From: Octopus bimaculoides
Taxonomy: Eukaryota
Assembly (NCBI RefSeq): GCF_001194135.2
Contig: NC_068988.1
Location: 28,077,709 to 28,131,516 of the forward strand
Length of the DNA: 53,808 nucleotides
Direction: 5' to 3'
The notes beneath the pieces were generated by a model. That model was not told the DNA's origin. It did not search any database and saw nothing but the letters and a program-made list of their open reading frames with translations. Every line of letters begins with the position of its first letter. Within the stretch, counting starts at the first letter, position 1. Below, in pieces: positions 1 to 11,518 of the stretch. A program made the position numbers and the translations under genes.

Positions 1-286
1 AGCAGCACATCACGCTGTAATTCTTGGGCTGAGAAATCAACACTTAAAAGCCATAATTTTAAGGAGCGATAAGAATTTTTGAATAAAGGAAAATGGGTAG
101 GGGTGGGTAGGTACCGTCAGCGAGTAGATAGGGCTCTTAATTGTAGATTTTAAATATTTGAGAGACAACAATGCATAAATCGTAATTTTTAAAAGAGCAA
201 TGAATTCTAGGTGACAAGAATATATACGTAGCATGAATTTAGGAAGCTTAGAAAATGAATAAGTATGAATTTAAGACAAAAACTGA

Positions 287-502
287 ATTATTATTATTAT
301 TATTCAGGTCACTGATTCCGAGTTCGATTCCAGGCAATGATCTGAATAATAATAATAATAATAACAGCGAAAAATACCTTAGGAATGAGAACCCAGGTTC
401 AAAATTTCCCTAGACACCTGATGAAGGTTGGAGGGTATATATCAGCCGAAACGTTAACAACGAACAAGATGAGGACAAATATCCGTCAAATGTAAATAAT
501 GT
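287..502 (+). mobile_element. Short element with a tRNA-type B-box and a hammerhead-ribozyme core (Penelope-like/retrozyme-like)
   Basis: B-box GAGTTCGATTCC at 320-331 between inverted arms; CTGATGA 418-424, stem II GGTTG/CAGCC, GAAAC 448-452. Confidence 0.6.
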
Positions 503-867
503 GATGTGTTCTTGTAGCCAGCCACATGCTCAAGGTGCTTTGAGTAAAAAAAAGTTTAAAAACAAAAAAAGCTGAAATGTATCTGGCATTCATACTGATC
601 ATTACTGGGACAATTTCTTATTTCCCTGATATATCTTGTGTTTTTAACACAGCATGTCAATTAAAGATATTATCTCAGGATAAATACTATGATAACTATC
701 CTATCTACAGAGTATATACACTATGATAGCTATTTTACTTTAATACTGCCTCAGTTGCATTTACCAGATTTATGTCATGTTTGTTTACATAGATACATAT
801 TAGTTATTGTTTACTTTTATAACCCTATTGCATTAAGGTTTTTTTAATGTTATTTTTGTTGAGCATT

Positions 868-1215
868 GTAGGAAGCAACCAAGCTAGAATGGTGCTTTTT
901 ATGTGCCACCGGCATGGGAGCCAGTCAGGCAGCATTGGCAACAAACTGGCATTGATCATGCTTGAATGGTGCTTTTTACATGCCACCAGCATTGGACCAG
1001 CCAGGACGCACTGGCATTGACCAGGCTAGAATGGTGCTTTTTACGTACCACTGGCATGGGTGCCAACCCGGTGTTACTGTCATCGACCACAACAATGACT
1101 TCACTTGCCAAACAGGTCTTCTCAAGCACAGCATATTGCCCAATGATTGAAGGATACTCTTAAATGGGCCAGTTATGCTGCACAGGCATAGGCCACAGTT
1201 ACTGTCTCACTTGGC
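868..1215 (-). mobile_element. RTE LINE 3'-UTR fragment
   Basis: Matches 8100-8540, including the ~60-nt sub-repeats. Confidence 0.7.
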
Positions 1216-1220
1216 ATATA

Positions 1221-1305
1221 AAAATACAGCAAAATAAATATTTTTGTGAAAGGGGAGCAATGAAAATACAGCAAAATAAATATTTTTGTGAAAGGGGAGC
1301 AATGA
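1221..1305. repeat. ~43-bp direct tandem duplication
   Basis: aaaatacagcaaaataaatatttttgtgaaaggggagcaatg x2. Confidence 0.9.
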
Positions 1306-1474
1306 ATTAATAATTTAGCTTTCTATGTGCACTGTCTCCATTCCAATGGCATCTCAATGCCTCCTGCCAGGTTGTAGATCTATAATTATCTTCCATGATT
1401 ATAGACCTATAAAACACTTTGTAACCTGTACTTAACATTTGTTCCATTCAATTATATGAAAACACTGACATTAT

Positions 1475-1741
1475 ATTTATCCAGCCATCTTCTCCACCCA
1501 CAATTCCTGGGAAGGCCGTGGGAGTAAAGAACCTCAGGCACCACCCCCATAGGCTACTAACAGAAGCATCTGTCATAAATGAGACAAGGATGTTGTCCAA
1601 CCATCTCACTCTTGCTCTGCTACTAAGTCTCCTGCTAGTTGGCTTGGCTTGCAGAATCTCTTTTTCTTTTCATTCTAATCACATGCATGCAGTACTGGAG
1701 CTGTGAGCTCTCAATGCAGAGAAGTGGTGGCTTGACTTTGA
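1475..1741 (-). mobile_element. Second RTE-type (Rex3/Expander-like) LINE 3' remnant
   Basis: Decayed LxIESSQLQYCMHVIRM...RARVRWLDNI; homologous to 47160-47423. Confidence 0.6.
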
Positions 1742-2388
1742 GAGACTTGCTGATCCCCAAGTTACACACCTTGTCAAGCAGACATCTCATGAAAAGAAAT
1801 CTTAACATTGTGAGTATTTTTTTTTCTATTAATGGTTTATCCTAGTAACCTCAGTTATCTCTGAGAGCCCTATAAAGGCTCTGAGTATTTCTTCTTCTCT
1901 TCAGATTAGTAAAGAAATAGTAACACCAAAATATATTTTGTTGTATCTCAGGAAATTCATTATGTCAATGATAAACACACACACACATGCATGCATGCAT
2001 GCATGCACACACTGGGTGTTTATGTATTTTACTTCTATTATTATTGGTCAATTAACCAATTGATTGATTAATTATATGATAAATCAATCAACTAGGGTTG
2101 CCAAAGTCATTTCATCACTATTTGTGTCCTCTTCAATAACTTTGCTAAACCTAGCTGAGTGAATGACTGACTGAACAATTAATCAAGCAATCAGTTAAAT
2201 GATTAACAAACTGACTAATAAAATAATAAAAGAAGTGAAATAGAACCAGTGTTTATATTGACATAATGAACCTCCCGAGATCCAACAAAATGTTTCAACA
2301 CATGAGTTCACATCATGAATTCTGCAAACCATATACAAAAAAGAAACACACCAAATATTTCAGAAAAAAATTAAAACCAAAATCTTAC

Positions 2389-2459
2389 CTTCTGCATACT
2401 GGTCAGTTTAGGTGGCATCTTACCTCGATTACTGTTGTCAATACATACATAGTATGCAG
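2389..2459 (-). CDS. BTBD8: BTBD8-like exon (SAYYVCIDNSNRGKMPPKLTSMQK); last exon detected in the window
   Basis: catacag acceptor, gtaaga donor, 71 nt, phase 1-0; only this frame is open. Confidence 0.75.
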
Positions 2460-5400
2460 CTGTATGAAAGCAACAATACAGTAATGTTAGGAAAATAATT
2501 TTTTATGTAAATATTGCTTTAAAATTACAGGTTCTTTTAATTGTTCCTTATTTTAAAGAATTAAGATTTTAATATGTAACTTAGACACTGATCATTGTAT
2601 TTTGTGGAGCTTGGTGTACAGTAAAATTATTTCCCACAAGCATAGCGGATTAGGTCTAAAAATATTGGTTGCCAGGAGACTACCCGCAACTACAATGCTG
2701 TCACTTAATTAATTTTTTTGTTAAGAGTATTCTTTTCAACTCTCTACAAACACAGCCAGGCTGAAATAATTAATGCATTCTTTCACAAGTGAATACAAAA
2801 TTCTCAAACTTGAGGGGATGGGGCCGCCTTAGATACTAACATAGGTCCCCATATATGGATTCTAATGGTACAGGGGCCCACTTACCATTGGGCAGCCTGC
2901 CACTGGTTTTGGGTTCAATTCTACAGGAAATTGCTTTATCTAATATAGAGATCTAAAATTCCATGCTCTATATCTGTTGCTAAGCAAGATAATGCACAAG
3001 TAAGTAAGATGGTGCTAATATGGAAATTATGACAAATTCAAAGTGTATTACAGTTCTGAATAGATTAAAAGGAAGTATTTAAATATAAAATATGGAAAAT
3101 TTACAAAAATAGAAAAATTTTAAAAAGGCGTGGCTATGTGGTAAGTAGCTTGCTTACCAACCACATGGTTCCGGATTCAGTCCCACTGCACGGCACCTTC
3201 GGCCAGTGTCTTCTACTATAGCCTCAGGCCAACCAAAGCCTTGTGAGTGGACTTGGTAGACAGATCCCACCATCATCGCTTGACAACCAATGGTGTGTTT
3301 ACGTTCCCGTAACTTAGTCTCTCAATATAAACACTGGTTCTATTTCACTTCTTTTACTATTTTATTAGGCAAAAGAGACCGATAGGATAAGTACTAGGCT
3401 CACAAAGAATAAGTCCTGGGGTCAATTTGTTCGACTACAAGCGGTGCTCCAGCATGGCCTCAGTCAAATGACTGAAACAAATAAATGAATAAAAGGAAAG
3501 TTACTAACATGTCATGATCTTCTTTTGCATGTCATCCGTGAGCAAATCCCAATCTTTACAGTGTGCCACCTGGTGAATATGTAGCTTTAAATAATCTTCA
3601 CTCTTCTTAAATAATGATTGGATAAATGTGATAAAATCCTGAAAAGATAAAAAAAAAAAAAGGAGAAAAAAAATTTGCAATGTTAAATAAAAACAGTCAA
3701 CTAAGTAGCAATTAGTATAATAATTAGTTCAAAGTATACTGCATTAGATAATTAAGAGCCAAAAGTTTACAGCAAATCTGAACCTATAGGAAAATTAATA
3801 GCTAGCAACGAGTGACAAGTTAATTATTATTATATATTCTTAATTGTATAGAAACCTTCTTAATTGTTGCTGAGATAAACATTCTTGAAGATATCCTTTT
3901 AGGAAGTAGTTTAAGTGTAATTTGAGGGAGTGGGGAGGTTGTGACTTACAGAGGAGAAATAAAGAATCTGAAAAGCTATATTAACAAGAAATGGTAATTG
4001 TTTTTAATTTTTGGCACAAGGCCAGCAATTTGGAGGAGGTGGTGGTGTAGAGGTGGGGGATCTATTACATCAATCCCCAAAAAGGATGGCAACCAAAGCT
4101 GACCGCACTGGCATTTGAACAAAGAATGTAAAAGCAGAAATGCCACTAAGCACTTTTGTCCAGCATGGTATCAATTCTGCCAACTTGCCATTTACAAAGA
4201 ATAATTCTTTCTGCTATAGGCACAAGAGTTGAGGTTTTGAGGGGAGGGGGCTAGTCAATTATATTGACCCTTGTGTTCAACTGATAATTGTATTGACCCT
4301 GATTTGAACTTAGGGCATAAAATTGGAAGAAATGCAATAAAGAATTTTGTTCAATGACAATAATCAAAGGCATAGATACTCATATAATTACAGTCGTATT
4401 ATTACCTCCACTAAGGCAGAGGTATTGTTTTCAGTTGTATTTATTTGTTTGTCCATGGAAAAGATATCTCAAGAACCACTAGATGAATTCAGATGAAACT
4501 TTCACAGATATTTGGGATGGATCAATCCAGTAGCAGACAAGGATTCTGGATTATTTTTCCTGTTTTTTTTACTTAATTTTTGAGAACAGTCTGGTTCATT
4601 TTTAATATTCTCGTTTGTGAGAACACTTGAGTATATTTCAGATATTTTCATTTCAAAAATCATCTCTGGCTAATTGTCGAGAGGACGTTGGTGTTGCCTT
4701 GGCGAAGGTTTGCATTTTCTGAGTGCTCTTGTTAAATTTTGGATTAGGTATATCCAACACACCATAAGGTTTAACACCTCTGCCAAGACTTTACGTGCTT
4801 TTAGCAGGGGTTCATTTAAATTAAATGATCTATTCCTATCTTTTGCACATTTTTACAACAATCACTGACTTGCAGACATTCATTTGAATATTTGTTGTAT
4901 TAATCATGTAAAGTTATATGCAACATGTTTGAGTGTATTTGCATACAATGTAAATTAGCTGGCTGATATACGCTGAAGTTCTAGCAGTACTCCAGCATGG
5001 CCTCTGTTCCATTGTAAAAAATATAATGGCCACCATTTCTCTTTCACACTCACTCATACACAATATTATACGTACCTCAGTCCAAACACAGTTCGGGTCT
5101 TCAGCGTGAGCAACAAGTCTGCTCAAAGACAGGTAAGTCTGACAAGCTTTCTCCATGGGCAGAGATTTTATAACCATAGTAAATACTTCATCCAAAAGAG
5201 ACATACTCCATGCCATTATCTGATTACAATAAAATACAAAAATAGTGAACAATATGAAAATAAGCAGATTATAATGTTCTTGATATTGTTTAAAATTACT
5301 TCTTTTAATATAATACAATCAAAAAGAGATCAACTATTAGCAATATTAGTTTCATTTTTCTTTAATCTGATGCCGACACCATCCATAATCCTTGATAAAT

Positions 5401-8400
5401 ATAGTGATAAATACATTTCTTTGTATGTTATACACAGTTTTAAGGTGTTTAGATATCATATTCAAAGCTGTCCACCCTTCAACTATTTCAATCATATATG
5501 GTTTCAGTTCACCTTGGACGAGTGTCTTCTATTATAACCCCAGGCTATGGGAATTCAATGACAAAGTCTTAGTGAATTTAGTAGACAGAAACTGTGTTGA
5601 AGTCTGTTTTGTTTTGTGTGTGAGAGAGAGAGAAACCTATCTACTCGACAACTGGGGTTGATTTGTTTACATACCCGTAACTCTGTGGTTTACCAAAAGA
5701 AACTGATAGAATAAGTCTCAGACTTTAAGAAATAAGTACTGGGAGAGATTTGCCTGGCTAAAACTGAAGGTGGTGCCCCAACATAGCCACAGTCCTATAA
5801 AAGATGTAAACAAATATTTGTTCATAAACAGCAGTAAAATTAATGTCCCAACATGTGGATAAAAGTGTTTTGTTTCTTTAAAATTTAAAGTTCTAAAAGA
5901 AATAGGTGAAAATGCAACAGTTAATTGGTTTCATAAAAAATCTGATGTGTCAATTTGAACAGCAGAAGAAGAAAGCATCTTTAGTTAGAATTTAGATTGA
6001 AAAGAAGATAAAATTCCGGAAGAGCATACCTGATCTAGTGACATGAAATGCTTACTAGCTATAACACTAGTAAAATGTTGACCAATAAATTCAATAGCAG
6101 CATCCATCAACTGAGTAACAACATTAAGAACTGGTTCTGACCACTTGAGGCGGGGTAAACAGCTGGATATTTTCTGGCACTCCATTATGACTTCAAGAAC
6201 ATTCTCACAGGTCTTCAGATTGGAAAATAAAAAGAAAATTATTGAAATTCACAGATGATAACATAAACCAAAGTGTATTTAAAGCAAAATAATAGAATCA
6301 GAGGAAAGGTTCTGTATTGAAAAATACTACCATATTTTCTGGACTACAAGTCAAAATTTTGAGACCAAATATTCCATGATAAATGCAGTAGGATTTGTAA
6401 AAATGATGATATTTGGATGTTTATGCTATAGACATTGCATCCTTTAAAACCTCCATGCTTCCAGAAATTCGCCAACACTACACCTGATATCCAGCTCCAA
6501 ACGATTGCACACATATATATCATGACTCTTATACTGTTCACTTTCCTGAATTTTGTACATAATTCTGTGTTATACATGCACCTTTGATGAGTTGTAGTGC
6601 ACCTGAGCAGCACTATACACAATAATATCATTATTATTATCATTATATACTGTGCTGACTTTTACACCAGAAAATATGGTAAGTGCAAAATGTTTACTAA
6701 GTAAGACAAACTGAAGAGGAGAAAATTAATTGTTCGAGCAGGATTGTTTATCAGAAATATATATATATATATATATATTTATGTTTATATATTTTTTTAT
6801 TTATGGGTTTCAGCCAAGTGGCTGCGGTCATGCTGNNNNNNNNNNNNNNNNNNNNNNNNNNNNNNNNNNNNNNNNNNNNNNNNNNNNNNNNNNNNNNNNN
6901 NNNNNNNNNNNNNNNNNNNNNNNNNNNNNNNNNNNATATATATATATATATTATATTATATACATATATTATATGACACACACACACACACACACACATA
7001 CATGCACTTTCAAAGTCTATAAAGAGCAAAAGAAAAAAAAATGAGTAAGTAGTTGCATTGTACCATATCTTTGATTGCTCTCTGGCAGCACGCATTCATG
7101 AGGTTGTCATGCATCATAGAAAAGGACTTGGTTGGCCATACTTTGCTGAAGTTTTTGTTGATCCACTTAAGGCAACGTTCATATAAATCAGCCATGTTAT
7201 ACATCTTTGACAAGACAAACACCTCTGGAACTCCAGCAATGCAACCAGGACATGGCTTGAAAGAGAAATAAAAATCATATATTCAATGATGTTTGGATCA
7301 GCTGTAAAAATACTACTAAGTCACTTTGTAAAAAAAATTAAAATATATAGTTTTAGAATGAATATTAATAAATTATTTGATGGTAGAAATTATTGCTCAA
7401 GCATTTTCACAGTTACAAGGATAAATTTCCATGAATTAAAATTTTTTTTTTATGGTGGAATTCTAAGTAGATAAACCTATAAATAAAAGCATGTAAATAT
7501 TGGGTGAAAAAAAAACCTGTTAGATAGAAAAAGTCAAAGGTTGCCCATGAGACTCAAACCTACATCTGTAAACATGATAGATGTTCTACCATTGTGCCAA
7601 AGCAAGTCTTCAAAATTCTCCAACCACTTTAGAAGATTCTTACCATGAGAATCATATTTTTGTTGACATTATATGAATTTACAAACTGAGATTGTGAAAT
7701 AATCTTTTTTTATTTATTTATCTTTTTTAATCATAGAACTTAAAGCAGACAAAGCTATAAATAATAATGGGTTAACTATTGGGTTGAATGAATGCTATTA
7801 CAATAGATGGTTTGCCCAATGAAGTGTCAGTAACAGGTAATGCAATTGAAGTTCACACTTACTCAGAAACATAAATAATAAATCTAAATCTTTGAAATTT
7901 AGAGCAGCACATTAACTATGATATTTATCATCATCATCATCATCATTATCGTTTAACGTCTACTTTCCATGCTGGCATGGGTTGGACGGTTTGACTGAGG
8001 ACTGGCGAGCCAGATGGCTGCACCAGGCTCCAATCTGATCTGGCAGAGTTTCTACAGCTGGATGCCCTTCTTAACACTAACCACTCCGCGAGTGTAGTGG
8101 GTGCTTTCACGTGCCACCGGCACGAAGGCCAGTCAGGCTGTACTGGTAACAGCCACACTCAAATGGTGTTTTTTACATGCACAGGAGCCAGTCCAGCGGC
8201 ACTGGCAATGACCTCGCTCAAATGTTGTTTTTCCCGTGCCAGTAAGGCGACACTGGTAACAATCACGCTCAAATGGTGCTTTTTACATGCCACCGGCACA
8301 GGAGCCAGTCAGCTGCCCTGGCAACAATCACGCTTGGATGGTGCTCTTAGCACTCCACTAGCACAGATGCCAGTCATATAGTGCTGTCATCGAATTTGAT

Positions 8401-11400
8401 TTCAATTTCACTTGCCTCAATAGGTCTTCGCAAGCAGAGTTTAGTGTCCAATGAAGGAAAGGTATGCATGAGTGGGCTGGTTACACCACTGGCATAGGCC
8501 ACGGGTTATGGTCTCACTTGGCTTGCCGGGTCTTCTCAAGCACAGCATATTTCCAAAGGTCTCGGTCACTAGTCATTGCCTCAGTGAGGCCTAATGTTCA
8601 CAAGTTGTGCTTCACTACCTCATCCCAGGTCTTCCTGGGTCTACCTCTTCCACAGGTTCCCTCAACCACTTGGGTGTGACACTTTTTCACACAGCTATCC
8701 TCATCCATTCTCACCACATGACCATACCAGCACAGTCGTCTCTCTTGCACACCACATCTGATGCTTCTTAGGTCCAGCTTTTCTCTCAAGGCACTTACAC
8801 TGTCAATTATGCACACTGACATTAATAAATAACTATTGCTCACAGCTTTTCTGTCATGTCAAAGATTAACAAAATCAAACCTTAAGGGAACAGGACCTTA
8901 TATTTTGTAAATGGTGTACATACTTAAGGAATAAAAACAATTATTAAATAATGTGGTAATATCAAAAAAGTTCACATCCAAATTACTCTGTCTCAAATGT
9001 AATGCTTATTTATTCACATTGTTTTGAATTATTCATGCATTATCTCATAGCTTTGAAATTTCGATGATGTAATCATTTATTTTTAGAATGACATTTTGTA
9101 GGTGTGGTGGATAGGTGTTAGAGGTCAGACCTGGTTGGTTTGAACATAAAACTGAATATTTTGGGCCAAATATGGCTGGTTTAAATGCTAAAAGGTTAAA
9201 TTGATTTTAAAAAAACAGGTAAATTAAAATGCTTACCTTATGAAAGAAGTGACACTTTTCATATCGCAAATTAAAGCAGACGACATCTTTGAGTCCATCG
9301 ATGGCATACATATCTGCAATTACCAGCAGTTCTACCACATCACAATTATCAATGAGATCAACAACACCACCGTATAGAAAAAGTAATAATTGTTCTAAAA
9401 CAACTGAACTGATACTGCAAAAAGGAAAAAGAAAAATGCAATCATTTTAAAGTATATATATAAATACAAGTCATCAAAGAAAAGGAATCAATTTTAGACA
9501 ATTAAAAGAAATCATCATCATCATCATTTAACATCCGCTTTCCATGCTAGCATGGGTTGGACGATTTGACTGAGGACTGGTGGACCAGGAGGTGACACCA
9601 GGCTCCAATCTGATTTGGCAGAGTTTCTACAGCTGGATGCCCTTCTTAACACTAACCACTCCGAGAGTGTAGTGGGTGCTTTCACCTGACACTGGCACAA
9701 GGGCCAGTCACGCGGTACTGGCATTGGCCATGCTCAAAATGGTGTTTTTTACGTGCCACCTGCACAGGAGCCAGTCCAGCAGCACTGGCAATGACCTCGC
9801 TCGAATGACTTTCTAATGTGCCAGTAAGGCAACGCTGGTAACGATCACGCTCAGACAGATTTGGTTAAAGTGTATTCTCTATGTACAGAAAAACTACATT
9901 TTCTTCATTTAGAGAAAATATTTTATCGAGAATAGAATTAGTACAACAAAACAGTACAATTCATATATAAGTTAAGTTCATCATGGTATCAACCAGACAA
10001 TCGAATGTTGTTATATACCTCACAACGATTTTTAAGAAATGTAGTGGATATTTTCCACCACAAATATTATATATATATGTAAGAACGACCGTGCGAACTC
10101 AAAAAGGAGAAATGGTGACAAATGGAAAAACAGAGGACTCCTTTTATTTAAACGTGTCACACGGTCGAACACAAAATAACATATCAAAGATGATATACAT
10201 AAAATGTTATACTACGATAACATATGTGAATTCGTAAATATCAGTAAAGAGACGATAGAAGGCAACCGTATAAGATGTATAACAGAGATATTTATTGTGG
10301 CGTTAAAGATGTATGTCTGTGTGAGAGTGTGAATGCGACATATAAGAACATAATCAAAGACAGGCCGTCGTACAAAGAAAAGTATGTACGTGAGTGATAC
10401 ATGTATGTGTATGTGAGATATTACAGCAGATAGAAAGAGTCAGTAACACGTGAGCATTTATACCAGTTCTTGAGTACACAATAGGATGAGTCTGTATGTG
10501 AAAAGAGTTGAGACTGTGTGTGGCAGAGCTGATCACTAGTTGTGATGTGGTGGCTTCTATGCCGGGCCGTGATTCTTGTTATACAGATGTTCGGCGTTCG
10601 TCGCTGGCTGAAATCTTGTCTGTTTATTATCGTGGTGAAGCTAAGTCACCTAACAGAATCGAAGAGAGAGATGTGCTGCGGTGGTTTAGTTTGGTGTACA
10701 TAGTAAGTCGTGTAGACGCTGGTGGAGATTGATGCTGGTTAGTAGTAATCGTAGAATCGTGTTGGTCATGACGATGATGCTGGTTAGTAGTCGTAGACTC
10801 GTGTTGCTGATGTGGCGGCGTTGTTGGTGGTCATCGTTGGACGGAGCTGTTGATGTGTCGCTGGCTGCCGCTGCTGCTGCTGTCGTGTGGNNNNNNNNNN
10901 NNNNNNNGCTCTATTTAAAGCGTTAAGGGGGCTCCAAGACTAGTAGAAAAACACTATCACGTGACCTTATTAAGGGCTGTGATTGGTCAGTTTGCGTTCT
11001 GGCAGGAACGGTTCGAAGAAGTTGCCGATTCGAATAATGATCAGTCACGTGATGACAAGGAGATGGGTTCTCCGCTACGCCCGCGCTTGTTTATATTTAA
11101 ATGAGAAGAATGGCGATAGCAGTTTTGTATCTAATGGCAATAGGTAGTTTCACTACATATATATATATATATTGTTGTGTCTAGGGAGAGTCATAGTGCC
11201 TTGATATAATACACTCACCAGTTCAATTTTCCATTTATTTATATATTTATTCCAGAAAGATGTATTTGCAACAGTTTCAATGGATTTTGACTGACTGTCC
11301 ATTTTTGAAGCTATATGTCAATAGCTTTTAAAACTATTGAAGCTATATGTCAATAGCTTTAAAACTAAATATATAAAACATATTTTACAAAACCCTACAA

Positions 11401-11477
11401 ATGATATGACCTCTTAGTTTACTAAACATTAAATTATTATTCAACAATTATTTTTCAACAATTTCCAGATAGAAAAG

Positions 11478-11518
<41 letters not shown>

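Noticed and set aside
95-111. G-rich run gggtaggggtgggtagg
   Set aside because: Only three G3+ tracts; not a canonical G-quadruplex
5106-5537. 143-aa plus ORF (also 12696-12911 + and 12544-12807 -)
   Set aside because: Antisense or off-frame to BTBD8 exons; no independent homology
7540-7604. Functional tRNA gene
   Set aside because: D and T arms do not pair properly and the anticodon loop is oversized; kept only as a low-confidence relic
7927-8400. ~60-nt interspersed sub-repeats that look array-like
   Set aside because: Not CRISPR: degenerate internal repeats of a eukaryotic LINE 3' UTR, no unique spacers or cas genes
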